A stretch of DNA of 43,622 bases, from the IMG/VR virus record IMGVR_UViG_3300032129_000019, positions 1-43,622 of that record. One strand, written 5' to 3'. Position 1 is the stretch's first letter, and each line of letters opens with the position of its first letter. Below the pieces are notes generated by a model, which saw only the letters and a list, made by a program, of their open reading frames with translations, searched no databases and was not told the DNA's origin. Made by a program: the position numbers and the translations under genes. The stretch is from a virus. Lineage: Duplodnaviria > Caudoviricetes. Shown in pieces: positions 27,922 to 38,709 of the stretch.

Positions 27922-28611
27922 ATGTTTCCAAGTTTTATTTATAACAGCAAAGATTCATACGAAGATTTTGGGATTATTATAAACAAACTCCCTCCTAGCG
28001 TAGTTCCCGAAAACAATATAGATGAGTACGAATTACCGGGTAGGGATGGCAATCTAACAATAGATTATAAAACTAGGAAAAGTTATATCCTCCCTCTTGA
28101 ATGTACAATTATGGATGAAAGCAGAATTGAAGAAGTTAAAGCATGGTTAATGAACACATCTAGTGATTTGATATTTAGTTGGGATCCCGATTATAAATAT
28201 CAAGCTAGAATAATTAATAAAATAGATATATCGCAATCGTTAAAGACTTTTGGTGAATTTCCTTTGATGTTTAAGGTCCAACCGTACAAACTTAGTATAG
28301 GCGAAGAATTAATAACATTAACAAACACGGGAACTATTTATAATGGTACAGGTAATACTAGTCTGCCTATTATAAAAATATTCGGCACGGGGGCTATTAC
28401 ACTTACTATTAATAGCAAAGTTGTTACATTAACTAATATTGTTGATTATGTGACTTTAGATTCTGACCTAATGGATGCATATAAAGGGACTCAGCTATTA
28501 AATAATCAAATGAATGGTGAGTTTAGTCAATTAATACCAGGAAATAACCCTATTAGTTTCACCGGTTCAGTAACTTCAATTGAGATAACTCCAAATTTTA
28601 GATATATATAA
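27922..28611 (+). CDS. Distal tail protein (Dit)
   Basis: PGRDG..; F.VQPY; L.PG.N.I. Confidence 0.85.
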   Translation: MFPSFIYNSKDSYEDFGIIINKLPPSVVPENNIDEYELPGRDGNLTIDYKTRKSYILPLECTIMDESRIEEVKAWLMNTSSDLIFSWDPDYKYQARIINKIDISQSLKTFGEFPLMFKVQPYKLSIGEELITLTNTGTIYNGTGNTSLPIIKIFGTGAITLTINSKVVTLTNIVDYVTLDSDLMDAYKGTQLLNNQMNGEFSQLIPGNNPISFTGSVTSIEITPNFRYI

Positions 28612-28659
28612 AATTTAAAGAAGCTTATAATTAGGCTTCTTTTTTCAAGTAAAAATGAG

Positions 28660-30729
28660 GTGATTAATATAATATCAATTTATAATAGTAAAGAGACAAA
28701 TTTTGAACACAATGGAGTAATAGTGCTTTCAGACTGTATCAGTTGCGTAGTAACCGAAGAGTTAAATTCAGTTTTTGAAGCTACGATTGAGTACCCAATT
28801 GATGAACGAGGGAAATGGCAATATCTTTTAGAAGGTAATATAGCCAAGATAGGTGATCAACTGTATCGTATTTATCATAAAGTAAAGAAACTAACATCCA
28901 TCTCGGTGAATTTAAGGCATATCTATTATGATTTACTTGATAATTTTTTAGAAGATATAACATTGACGAATATAAACGGCGCTGGTGCTTTAGATGCAAT
29001 ACTCACAAATACTCAATATGCGCATAGTTTCACTTCAATGAGTGATGTTTCAATATTAGCAAATACACAGTTCGTTAGAAAAAATGTAGTTGAAAGTATT
29101 ATGGGTACTGATGGATTAATTAATAATATTGGTGGCGAGTTAGTTAGAGATAACTACACTATTAAATTATTAGGGGCTAGAGGATTAGACAGAGGGGTTT
29201 TAGTTAGCTATGGTAAGAATGTTCAAGGGATAGAAGAAACTTTAGACACAGATGGTATATGTACTAGATTAATGCCAGTAGGCAAAGATGGTTTATTATT
29301 AACAGAAAAATATATTGATAGTCCTTATATTAACAATTTTTCGCACCCTAAAATCAAAGTTATTGAATTAAGTGATTATGAAGCAGTGAACCCTTTAAGA
29401 GTTGCGGGACAAGAATACATGACAAATAATAAAATAGATATTCCTCAATTTAACTACAAAATAAACTTTATTTCTTTGAAATGCACAGAAGAATATAAAA
29501 ATTATGCAGTATTAGAAAGAGTTTATTTAGGTGATACAGTAACAATAAAGCATAGCAAACTAGGCATAAATTTAAAAGCAAAAGTAATAAAAATAACTAA
29601 AAATATATTAACAGACAGAATTGAAAAAATCGAGTTAGGAAGTTTTAAACCTAATTTAGCAACAACTATTAATAATTCAATTCAAGAAGTTAAAAAAGAT
29701 ATAGTCCAAGTAAAATCAGATTATCAAAAGGCTATAGATAATGCCACAAAGTTAATAACTGGGTCTGAAGGTGGCAATGTAGTTATAAGACAAGATGAAG
29801 CAGGCAAGCCCTATGAAATCTTAATTATGGATACGGCAGATGTAAACACCGCATTAGATGTATGGCGGTGGAATATGGGAGGCTTTGGGCATAGTAGCAC
29901 CGGCATAAACGGTCCGTATGATACTGCAATTACACAAGATGGCTCTATTGTGGCTGATTATATAACCACTGGCATATTAAATGCTAACTTAATTAAAACC
30001 GGATTATTACAATCAATAAATGGTGAAACTGAAATAAATATGACGGATGGAACATTCAACTTTGCTGACGATGGAATTATATATGATGGTGTAAGCTTAA
30101 CTTTAGGAAGTGGTACAAGTATTATTTCTCCAAATATATTTGGTGGACTATTACAAGGTACAGCAATTCAACAAGTTAGTGGTGCAACAATATTCGCAGA
30201 ATTTACAGTAGATGCTAATGGTGGAATATTAGATATAAATGATATGAATGGTAATCCAAATGTGCGCATCGGTTCTGAAACTGGAGGTGGTGATAATGTT
30301 GGCGGAACAATTGGTTTATATAATGATAGTTTAGCATCTAAACGAGTTGGCATCGGAATTGATAGTTCATACGATGCAGGAATAATTAATTTATCAGATA
30401 GTGCAGATGATGTAAAAATTGCATTGTATGCTGATGGTACATCTGGAGCAGGAATATTTGTATTAAATAGTGTTGGTAGTGTTAGAAGTTATTTAACTGA
30501 AATTGGTGGAAAAATAAATTATGATGATATAGCAACAGAAAATTGGGTTGATAATAACTATGGTGGTGCAATTCAACCAGATGGTCAATATATATATTTA
30601 CCAAACGGTTGCTATTTAGAATGTTTGACAAACAGATTAATTTTACACGCAAATGCAGGTTCTTATTTAGACATAAGAGATACAGGCACATGGGTATATG
30701 CTAAGGATGGAACAAGTAAACAACTTTAA
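28660..30729 (+). CDS. Tail-associated (Tal) endopeptidase-family protein
   Basis: EELN..F..EYP; GGELVRDN; YGKN; LGDTV. Confidence 0.8.
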   Translation: MINIISIYNSKETNFEHNGVIVLSDCISCVVTEELNSVFEATIEYPIDERGKWQYLLEGNIAKIGDQLYRIYHKVKKLTSISVNLRHIYYDLLDNFLEDITLTNINGAGALDAILTNTQYAHSFTSMSDVSILANTQFVRKNVVESIMGTDGLINNIGGELVRDNYTIKLLGARGLDRGVLVSYGKNVQGIEETLDTDGICTRLMPVGKDGLLLTEKYIDSPYINNFSHPKIKVIELSDYEAVNPLRVAGQEYMTNNKIDIPQFNYKINFISLKCTEEYKNYAVLERVYLGDTVTIKHSKLGINLKAKVIKITKNILTDRIEKIELGSFKPNLATTINNSIQEVKKDIVQVKSDYQKAIDNATKLITGSEGGNVVIRQDEAGKPYEILIMDTADVNTALDVWRWNMGGFGHSSTGINGPYDTAITQDGSIVADYITTGILNANLIKTGLLQSINGETEINMTDGTFNFADDGIIYDGVSLTLGSGTSIISPNIFGGLLQGTAIQQVSGATIFAEFTVDANGGILDINDMNGNPNVRIGSETGGGDNVGGTIGLYNDSLASKRVGIGIDSSYDAGIINLSDSADDVKIALYADGTSGAGIFVLNSVGSVRSYLTEIGGKINYDDIATENWVDNNYGGAIQPDGQYIYLPNGCYLECLTNRLILHANAGSYLDIRDTGTWVYAKDGTSKQL

Positions 30730-30744
30730 TAGGAGGAATATAAA

Positions 30745-30966
30745 ATGGCAGTGGAAAGAAGTATAAATTTAAAGATAGAAGATGCAAAAGAAAGTATATT
30801 TAAGGAAATGGTAAATGCTAAATTACCCGCAACAATATTGCAGCTTATTTTAGTTGATATAAAACAACGAATAGACATGGAAACATCACAGATAGTAAAT
30901 AAGGAAAGAGAAAAATATCAGAAAAGTGTTACAGAGGTATTACAAAAAAACGAAGCAACTCAATAG
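30745..30966 (+). CDS. Hypothetical tail protein
   Basis: RBS; followed by a terminator at 30953-30978. Confidence 0.65.
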   Translation: MAVERSINLKIEDAKESIFKEMVNAKLPATILQLILVDIKQRIDMETSQIVNKEREKYQKSVTEVLQKNEATQ

Positions 30967-31003
30967 GGTTGCTTTTTTAATTTAAAAATGGAGGTGGTTA
31001 TAA

Positions 31004-34000
31004 ATGATAAACCCTATAGATCATGTTATCAACATAGATTTAGCAAATAAAATAAATATGAATAAATCTATCGTTATTAAAAAAAATGATACTGATAGTC
31101 ATAAATTTGTAATTAATATTTTCAACAATTCACTCACATATGATTTAACAGGCACAACTTCAAGAATATATTTTCAAAAAGCAGACGATACAAAAGTATT
31201 TTTGGATTGCACGTTAGATGATGTTTTAACTGGTAAAATAAGTCGTCTATTAACTACTCAAGCATTAAGTTATGCTGGACCTGTTGCGAGTGAAATTACA
31301 ATATATGGCGATGCTGGTGAGATTCTAACTAGTGTTACTTTTAATTTTACAGTAAATGAAAACGTGAGGGATGATTTAGCTATAGAGAGTACCAGCGAGT
31401 TTACTGCCTTAACGAATGCACTTAATGCGGTTAATGATGCGGTACTAAGTATCCCAACAGTTGAAGCATTAAATGTAGATTTACAGAACAATATTGTTAC
31501 AGGTGATGCCTTAGATACAACTTTAAAAGCAGATATTTCAACTGGTAATATCTTAGATGCTGAATTAAAAGGTGATATAACCACAGGCGATATAACAGAT
31601 GCAGCATTGAAAGGTGATATAACTACAGGCAATGCCCTAGATGTAGCATTAAAAAGTGATATTACTATAGGTAATGTCCTTAAAACAGATTTAGATAATG
31701 ATATTGCAATAGGTGGAGCAATTCAAGAGCAAGAGGTAATAAGACTAGCAAATGAAGTATCTAGGGTAACAACTGAAAGTGCTAGAGTTACAAGTGAGGG
31801 AAATAGAGTAACCGCAGAGAGTGCGAGGGTCACAAGTGAGGGAAGTCGAGTAACTGCTGAAGGTACTAGAGCGACTGCTGAAGGTACTAGATTAACGAAT
31901 GAAACCATCAGGCAAAATAATAACACAGCTTTTAAGTTATTAGAGGTTTATGACAATGCACATAGTTATATCCCGCTCAATAAAGTTACCTATGCGGGTA
32001 GTACTTATCAAAATATTGTTGCTTGTATAGGAGTCCTACCTACAGATATTACAAAGTGGATATTAATTGCGCAAGCTGGCACTGGAAGTTTAGTTGTAAG
32101 CTCTGCTACAAATGGAAATATTAAGATTGATGGAACTGAAACTAAAGTTTATGATGATGCAAGTGTTGTTGCATCATTGGCTGATATTGTTCAACAAACA
32201 CATTATATAAATACAACAGATAATCCACAAACAATTTATAATGCTGGTGCTATTGGAGATAAATTTGTATTTGTAAAGGGTGAACATATTCATAATCCTA
32301 TTAATAATGGAGCAATACTCTACGCAAATAAAAAATCTACTATTGAAATAGCATTAGGTGCAGTATTAAAAGTAGCTGACAATTCAACTACTTTTAACAT
32401 TACCGCAGAAATAATTAAAAACTTTAGTAATGTTGTTATTACGCTAGATGATTTGACTGTAGGTGGAACGTATGACAACACAATCGCAAGTGTATATGGT
32501 ATACAAATAGATAGTGTTGGTGGAGTTGATACTTTCAAATGGACTAGATTTTGGAATGGTGGTTTTACAACTTGGCAAGCAATAAATGTTCCTATAACTG
32601 GTGGGGTTCAAGTATTAGAAAAAGGTATAACAATACAATTTGGTGCAGTTACAGGACATAATTTAGACTCACTTTGGATGCCTTGTTATGGTGTCAATCC
32701 TTTTTATGGTATTAGAGTTGGAATGGGGTTGCAAGAAGCCTATATTGATAGTGTTACTATCAGTGGAAAAGGAACAATAGATTTAAATATGGCTAATCAA
32801 TTTGCACACAATGAATACACTAAAACTTTACCAAGTTGCATATTAGTAAATGGTAGAGTAAGCAATATTAAAGCAGAAGAAATAACAATGATTAATGGTG
32901 CAAGACCAATACAGATGTATGGTGAACACACTGGAATATATAACTTAGATGGTACTACCACAGGTGGAACTACTTATGATGTTGACGGTATAATTGTAAA
33001 AAACACTAAAATTAATAGTTGTAGTGTTGGTCATATTTTTGGTTTTCCTGAACATAGGGGAAAAGTTAAGAATCTTTCGTTTTATGGTAATAGTTCTATG
33101 AATACTGGTGTACTTGTTGAACTTAATCATGGCTTAGAAAGTTACAATATATATGGCAATGTATATAATATGGTAAGCGCTAGACAAATGTTTACTTGTT
33201 GGAGACATTCGAAAAATGGTACAATTCACGATAATATTATGATGGGTGATACGACAGGTTTGATTGCTCTAGTAACTTTTGCATCACCTACTACATGGGA
33301 AAAACCAGAAGGGTGTCAAGAATATAATAATTTAAATATTGAAAGTTTTGTGAATGGTCAGAAGTCAATTGCATTTGGTGATATAACAAATAGAGCAATT
33401 GCTAATTGTTCAAATGTTATAGGTGGTTTAAGCAACGTTGTTAACAGTGAATATAGTTCAATTTTTGGTGGTTTAAGTAATGTTATTCAAGCTTTAACAG
33501 AATACTCTGTAATTCTTGGAGGTCGTAGTAATATTGTAAATGGTGTGTATTCTGCTATTGTTGGGGGTAACTCAAATAATGTAAATAGTCGTGGGGGAAA
33601 CATTATAAGTGGCGAAAGGAACTCTGTAAGTGGTAATTATTCAAATGTTAGTGGTGGAACCGATAATATCGTAAGTGGTTTTTATTCGAATATTAGCGGT
33701 GGAATATTTAATATTGTAAGTGGTGATAAGGCACTCGCTAGTGGTCAATCAAATAATGTTAGTAAAAATTATGCTAGAGTGCATGGAAAAGAAGGCAGTA
33801 CAGATTGGGTGGCAGAGGACGTGTTAGCAAGTGGTAAATTTACCGTAGCCGGTGATGCAAAATCAAGTAAATTAACTTGCAAAGGTAGAAGTACAACATC
33901 TACTTATATACCTATTACTACTAATTTAACAGACTTGATAATACCATTGCACACTACTGTAGCTTATAAAATAAATTGCGTTGCTATGAATGAAGATGAT

Positions 34001-34228
34001 ACACAACAAGGCATGTGGGTGGCACAAGGATTAATAACAAGAAGTGCTGGTGATGTTGTAGTCAAAGGTAATACAGTTACAAAAGTCTATGCTGATAGTG
34101 CTACATGGGATTTTTTAGCAGGTGCTTATACTCCTACTCAAAGTTTACAACTAAAAGCAAAAGGTGATGTAAGCCAAAATGTTAGATGGGTTGCTACTGT
34201 AGATTTAACTGTAGTTAAGACGCAATAA
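31004..34228 (+). CDS. BppU-type baseplate/tail fibre with coiled-coil repeats and a beta-helix receptor-binding/depolymerase region
   Basis: BppU N-terminus (KKNDTDSH, ESTSEFTAL); repeats; GG.SN.V repeats near the C-terminus. Confidence 0.8.
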   Translation: MINPIDHVINIDLANKINMNKSIVIKKNDTDSHKFVINIFNNSLTYDLTGTTSRIYFQKADDTKVFLDCTLDDVLTGKISRLLTTQALSYAGPVASEITIYGDAGEILTSVTFNFTVNENVRDDLAIESTSEFTALTNALNAVNDAVLSIPTVEALNVDLQNNIVTGDALDTTLKADISTGNILDAELKGDITTGDITDAALKGDITTGNALDVALKSDITIGNVLKTDLDNDIAIGGAIQEQEVIRLANEVSRVTTESARVTSEGNRVTAESARVTSEGSRVTAEGTRATAEGTRLTNETIRQNNNTAFKLLEVYDNAHSYIPLNKVTYAGSTYQNIVACIGVLPTDITKWILIAQAGTGSLVVSSATNGNIKIDGTETKVYDDASVVASLADIVQQTHYINTTDNPQTIYNAGAIGDKFVFVKGEHIHNPINNGAILYANKKSTIEIALGAVLKVADNSTTFNITAEIIKNFSNVVITLDDLTVGGTYDNTIASVYGIQIDSVGGVDTFKWTRFWNGGFTTWQAINVPITGGVQVLEKGITIQFGAVTGHNLDSLWMPCYGVNPFYGIRVGMGLQEAYIDSVTISGKGTIDLNMANQFAHNEYTKTLPSCILVNGRVSNIKAEEITMINGARPIQMYGEHTGIYNLDGTTTGGTTYDVDGIIVKNTKINSCSVGHIFGFPEHRGKVKNLSFYGNSSMNTGVLVELNHGLESYNIYGNVYNMVSARQMFTCWRHSKNGTIHDNIMMGDTTGLIALVTFASPTTWEKPEGCQEYNNLNIESFVNGQKSIAFGDITNRAIANCSNVIGGLSNVVNSEYSSIFGGLSNVIQALTEYSVILGGRSNIVNGVYSAIVGGNSNNVNSRGGNIISGERNSVSGNYSNVSGGTDNIVSGFYSNISGGIFNIVSGDKALASGQSNNVSKNYARVHGKEGSTDWVAEDVLASGKFTVAGDAKSSKLTCKGRSTTSTYIPITTNLTDLIIPLHTTVAYKINCVAMNEDDTQQGMWVAQGLITRSAGDVVVKGNTVTKVYADSATWDFLAGAYTPTQSLQLKAKGDVSQNVRWVATVDLTVVKTQ
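31490..31915 (+). repeat. Coding tandem repeats: 14-aa (DITTGNALD..LK) then 7-aa (RVTAESA) units
   Basis: Visible in the translation and as 42-nt and 21-nt DNA periodicity. Confidence 0.85.
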
Positions 34229-34409
34229 GATCATTATTCAGTAAAAATGGGTACAAACGTTGGCGATATGGTAATTGTTTAACGCACTGTGAATATCACT
34301 ATTTGCAGTGCCTCAAATTCAACTCCATTAAAGGATAAAAAACTCAAATAATTTAACATCATTAGTAATATGTGGTACAATTATATTGATTAATTTTAGG
34401 GGGTATTCT

Positions 34410-35550
34410 ATGCTATATATTATTATTTTCATAAGTATGTCACTTGTGTGTTTTTACAGTTTTTTAAGCATCAAGAATAACACATTTATATTCATCATTT
34501 TCGGTATTGGACTTACTTTATTAAGTATGTTTAGATTCGGTTTTGGTATGGATTATTTCAGCTATTTAGTTCATTATACTCTTAACCCAAGCACAATCAA
34601 AGATGCAATTAGCAATCAATCACATGTAGATGTAGGATTTAGAATAATAATGGGTGTTTTTAAATATTTTAAATTAAATTACGAGGTATTTATCGCTGGA
34701 ATTAGTTTAATGATTATGTTTATGTACTTAAGAGTTATAAATAAAAATTCTAAATTTAAAATAATGTCTTTGTTAATTTTCTTTTCAGTTTATTATTCGA
34801 TTTATGTAAACAGTGCATTAAGACAAGGTATTGCAATAGTTATATTTTTTTACAGCTTATTACAAATACCTAAAAGAGGGACAAACACTTAAATATGTAA
34901 TTCTAATATTAATAGCTATGACTTTTCATAGTTCAGCAGTGGTGACATTGATAATCCCATTTATTAAGTTAGTTTATAAAAAAGCATTCAATAATAAGGT
35001 ATTCAATTTTTTATTATTGATGTTGTCATTACTGATATGTTTTTCAAATGCTAGCCAATTAATTCTTAAAATTGGTAGATTTTTAGGAATGTCTACATTA
35101 TATGAAGCATCATCATACAACCCATTCGCCATAGCATTAAGGATTATTTCACTCGCATTGATTTATACATTATATAAAAGTATTCCAAGCAAAGATGTTA
35201 GTGAATTTGATAAGTTCCAGATATACACCTATTTTATTGGTAGTGTCATATTCATATCGGCTTCTAATGTTCAAATTTTATCTAGAATATTAGAGTATTT
35301 TACTATTTTAGAAATAATCTTAATGCCAAATCTTGTTAGAAACATGAAATTCAACTTAAATAAATTCGCCGGATTATCTTTTATTATAGTACTGGTTGGG
35401 TTAATATTTATTAAAGATATGTCATTTTTTGTTGATAGAGGTCAATATTACAACAAAAGCATATTGGGGTACAAATACGTTTCAATATTTAATAAATACG
35501 AACTTTATGATTATAGATTTGTAGATGTGTATACTCTTGATACAGAATAA
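34410..35550 (+). pseudogene. EpsG/Wzy-like polysaccharide polymerase, split by a frameshift in a T7 run
   Basis: FR..FG.DY..Y, LRQGIA, FHSSA motifs; removing one T at 34845-34851 fuses the two ORFs. Confidence 0.8.
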
Positions 35551-35647
35551 GACAATAGGAAAATATGGCGACACAAAAGGTTAGAAAACTAGCCTCTTTG
35601 TTATATCTAAAAATACCAAAAAAAATATGAAAAGTGAGGTGAAAAAG

Positions 35648-35896
35648 ATGGAAGAAAATAAAAAAGAGGTTGCCCCTGAAGTACCGGTTCAAGAGCAACC
35701 CAAAAACTTATATTGTATGGCATGGCATCTACAAAGCTTAATTGAAGATGTTAAAAATGAATCAATAACAAACTTTTCAAAGCCTTGTGAAACATGTAAA
35801 TACTTAAAAAAATGTGACTTTGATTTCTATTCAAAAACAGAAGAGCTTACAAAGTTGACTGGTGTTAGATTCTCTGCATTAATTAAAAAGATCTAG
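35648..35896 (+). CDS. Hypothetical Cys-containing protein
   Basis: GAGGTG RBS; PCETCKYLKKC. Confidence 0.55.
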   Translation: MEENKKEVAPEVPVQEQPKNLYCMAWHLQSLIEDVKNESITNFSKPCETCKYLKKCDFDFYSKTEELTKLTGVRFSALIKKI

Positions 35897-36098
35897 GCAC
35901 TTTTGCAAAAAGTGGGCATTCATTCTCTGTATTTGCAGTTTGGCATCCATTAAAGGTTTGATGTTCGCATTTATAACCAACACATTTATAATACGTTTTA
36001 GGGTCACCACACATATTTACTGGTGCATATTCTACAGATAAATAATTCTGATTTTTAAGTTCAGGACAATAATCTGAATAAATTTTAGTCATTGACAT
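35883..36098 (-). CDS. Small Cys-rich protein (moron)
   Basis: AAAGGAGGTG RBS on the minus strand; six Cys. Confidence 0.65.
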   Translation of the reverse strand: MSMTKIYSDYCPELKNQNYLSVEYAPVNMCGDPKTYYKCVGYKCEHQTFNGCQTANTENECPLFAKVPRSF

Positions 36099-36368
36099 AT
36101 TATCACCTCCTTTTGGTGGTAGTATTCTACAAAAATATGTAAAAACCTTTAATATATACAGGGAATAAAGGATGAAAAAACTACAAATTAAAAACACATA
36201 GATAAAATTAAGCTTTAGTGTAAAAACTAGAGCTTTTTTAATACGAAATAAAATGCACTAGCAAAGATACGTTAATATCGCTAGTGCAAATATATTCCAC
36301 TAAAAAAAATAGAGAATAAATTTATAATACCATCTTTGATGAATTAAACAACAGGAGGAATTTTACAA

Positions 36369-36656
36369 ATGGACGATAATTGTAATTGCACAATGACAGA
36401 TACTATAAATTATTTAAAAGGAGAAATAGTCGAATTGAAAAATGATATTAAAGAACATTCTAGGGATATGACACTTTTAAAAGAATCACACATAGAAACT
36501 AAATTATATGTTAAACAAATATTTGATAGTTTGGCTTCTTTATCATCAATTCTAAAAGGCATAACAGACAAACCTAATAAAAGATGGGAACAAGTTATAA
36601 ACACCACTATAACAGTAGTTATAACCGCTGCACTAATGTACTTAATCACAAAATAA
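36369..36656 (+). CDS. XhlA-like/holin-associated membrane protein
   Basis: Coiled coil plus C-terminal TM; precedes the endolysin. Confidence 0.65.
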   Translation: MDDNCNCTMTDTINYLKGEIVELKNDIKEHSRDMTLLKESHIETKLYVKQIFDSLASLSSILKGITDKPNKRWEQVINTTITVVITAALMYLITK

Positions 36657-36668
36657 GGAGGAAAGAAC

Positions 36669-37337
36669 ATGAGTAATATATATTTAAGTCCATCAAACCA
36701 AAATCATAATATCGGATTTGGGAACTACGGAACTGAACAAGATGAAATGCATAAAGTAGGCGAAGCATTAAAAGATATTTTAGAAAGATGTGGCGAAACC
36801 GTATATATTAGTCACAAAAGCATGACTTTTCAACAAGCGGTTGCAGAAAGTAATAAGTTAAAGTGTGATATGCATATTGCTATACACTCTAATGCGTTTA
36901 ATAAGACCGTTAGAGGTACTCAAAGTATGTATGTGAGTAATAATGGCTTTAAACTATCTAACGCTATATATAAGAGATTAGAAGCCTTTACACCTACTAA
37001 GGACCGAGGATGCAGAAAAAATGATAATTTATATGAATTGAATTATACTACCGCAGTTGCTGCGTACTTAGAGACTGCCTTCCATGATAATCCTCTCGAC
37101 GCTACTTTAATAATGAATAACACAGAAAAAATAGCTGAGATTATAGCGCGTGGTATATGCGAGTATTTAAAAGTTCCTTTTGTAGAGAAAGAAGTTGTCA
37201 AAGAAGCAGACAAAGATATTGATGTTAACACTTTTTATCGCGTTATAACAGGATCATTTAATAGCAGAAATAACGCTAATGACAGAATCGCAGAATTAAA
37301 AGCTAAAGGGTTTGAATCCTTTATAGATATAAAATAG
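36669..37337 (+). CDS. Endolysin, N-acetylmuramoyl-L-alanine amidase with SPOR domain
   Basis: IYLSPS.Q, IAIHSNA, LETAFHDN; YRVITGSF..NA. Confidence 0.9.
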   Translation: MSNIYLSPSNQNHNIGFGNYGTEQDEMHKVGEALKDILERCGETVYISHKSMTFQQAVAESNKLKCDMHIAIHSNAFNKTVRGTQSMYVSNNGFKLSNAIYKRLEAFTPTKDRGCRKNDNLYELNYTTAVAAYLETAFHDNPLDATLIMNNTEKIAEIIARGICEYLKVPFVEKEVVKEADKDIDVNTFYRVITGSFNSRNNANDRIAELKAKGFESFIDIK

Positions 37338-37349
37338 GGGGTTTTATTA

Positions 37350-37541
37350 ATGAATAAATTTAAAAATAAAGGACTTTGGGTGTCTATGCTCGCTTTAATT
37401 CCTATGATATTACAAGGCTTCGGAGTTGATGTACTGCCCGAAAACTATAACGAAATATGTTCAGCGTTGCTCGGTGTACTCGTATTAGCCGGTATATTAA
37501 GCAATCCATCAACAGGCACAGGATATAAAGATAAACTATAG
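37350..37541 (+). CDS. Holin
   Basis: Two TM segments, KFKN.GLW..GILSNP. Confidence 0.8.
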   Translation: MNKFKNKGLWVSMLALIPMILQGFGVDVLPENYNEICSALLGVLVLAGILSNPSTGTGYKDKL

Positions 37542-37627
37542 ACTAGACTACATTAGGATTAATTTCCTGGTGTAGTTTTATTTTTTTTGGTGTATACTAT
37601 TAATAAATATATACATGGGGGTGTATC

Positions 37628-38029
37628 ATGGAATTTAGTATAGAAGAAGTTATTAATATCAATAGCAGACTATCAAATGGTGAGAGCATACGTGCTATTA
37701 GTTTAGATTTAAAACTAAACAAAAGTACAATAACTGATTTATTTAAGAAAAATGGTTATATATATAATTCCACAACTAGACAATATGTAAGTATTGAAGA
37801 TAAGCCAACTACACAGACTAAAAAAGTAGCCAACAAAACTAGCCTAGCTAAAGAAGATATATTTAAAATACCAACTAAAACTAAAAAGAAAATTGAAACT
37901 AAAGCCTTTAATATAGTTATGAAATTAGAGTTAGTTGATAGACTAGACCACATTTGTGAAGAAAAACATTATAGCCGCAACCAACTTATAAATTATATAG
38001 TAGAAACCTTTGTAAATAATATAAAATAA
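37628..38029 (+). CDS. DNA-binding protein, N-terminal HTH plus C-terminal RHH
   Basis: GESIRAIS.DLKLNKSTI; FNIVMKLELVDRLD..SRNQLIN. Confidence 0.65.
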   Translation: MEFSIEEVININSRLSNGESIRAISLDLKLNKSTITDLFKKNGYIYNSTTRQYVSIEDKPTTQTKKVANKTSLAKEDIFKIPTKTKKKIETKAFNIVMKLELVDRLDHICEEKHYSRNQLINYIVETFVNNIK

Positions 38030-38086
38030 CAAATACCCTTAGAATATTTCTAGGGGTTTATTTTTTTTGCTTATTTAAATAAATTG

Positions 38087-38115
38087 TTGACAATTCGATA
38101 CGATACGCATATAAT
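38087..38115 (+). promoter_or_regulatory. Consensus SigA promoter
   Basis: TTGACA-17-TATAAT with CGATA repeats in the spacer. Confidence 0.85.
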
Positions 38116-38136
38116 ATAGAAAAGGTGGTGTTATAA

Positions 38137-38286
38137 ATGATAACAAGAAAAGTTGGAACGGTTGGGGGAGCATTGATAGTAAGGCTTACGGTAGAATTAA
38201 GAGAAGTTGGTATTAAGTTAGGTGACAATGTAAATATATCTATTAAGGGTGGCAAAATAATCATTGAAAAGGAGGATAAAAAATAA
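38137..38286 (+). CDS. AbrB/MazE-like DNA-binding protein (49 aa)
   Basis: RKVGTVGGALIVRL..GIKLGDNVNI..KIIIEK; translated by hand. Confidence 0.7.
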   Translation: MITRKVGTVGGALIVRLTVELREVGIKLGDNVNISIKGGKIIIEKEDKK

Positions 38287-38709
38287 ATGAATACTGATTT
38301 AATGTTCAGCAGTAAGACGGATTTGTGGAGTACACCTCAAAAATTCTATGATAATTTAAATAAAGAATTTAACTTCACACTTGATCCATGTTCTACAAAT
38401 GAAAACTATAAGTGTGAAAAACATTTTACTATTGATGATGATGGATTAAAACAAGATTGGCAAGGATATACAGCGTTTTGTAATCCTCCATATGGCAGAG
38501 TTTTAAGAGGATGGGTACAAAAGTGCTATGAGGAAAGCTTGAAGCCTAATACAAAGGTTGTAATGCTTATACCGGCACGAACGGACACTATATATTTTCA
38601 TAAATACATTTATAATATAGCAACAATAAGATTTTTAAAAGGTAGGTTAAAATTTGGAAAATGCAAAAATTCCGCTCCTTTTCCAAGTATGATAGTAATT
38701 TTCAATTAG
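38287..38709 (+). CDS. Phage N6-adenine methyltransferase (Dam-like)
   Basis: WSTP, LDPC, CNPPY, LIPARTDT, APFPS. Confidence 0.9.
   Translation: MNTDLMFSSKTDLWSTPQKFYDNLNKEFNFTLDPCSTNENYKCEKHFTIDDDGLKQDWQGYTAFCNPPYGRVLRGWVQKCYEESLKPNTKVVMLIPARTDTIYFHKYIYNIATIRFLKGRLKFGKCKNSAPFPSMIVIFN

Noticed and set aside
31490-31915. Tandem repeats as a CRISPR array or DGR template
   Set aside because: In-frame degenerate coding repeats with no spacers; no cas or reverse transcriptase gene
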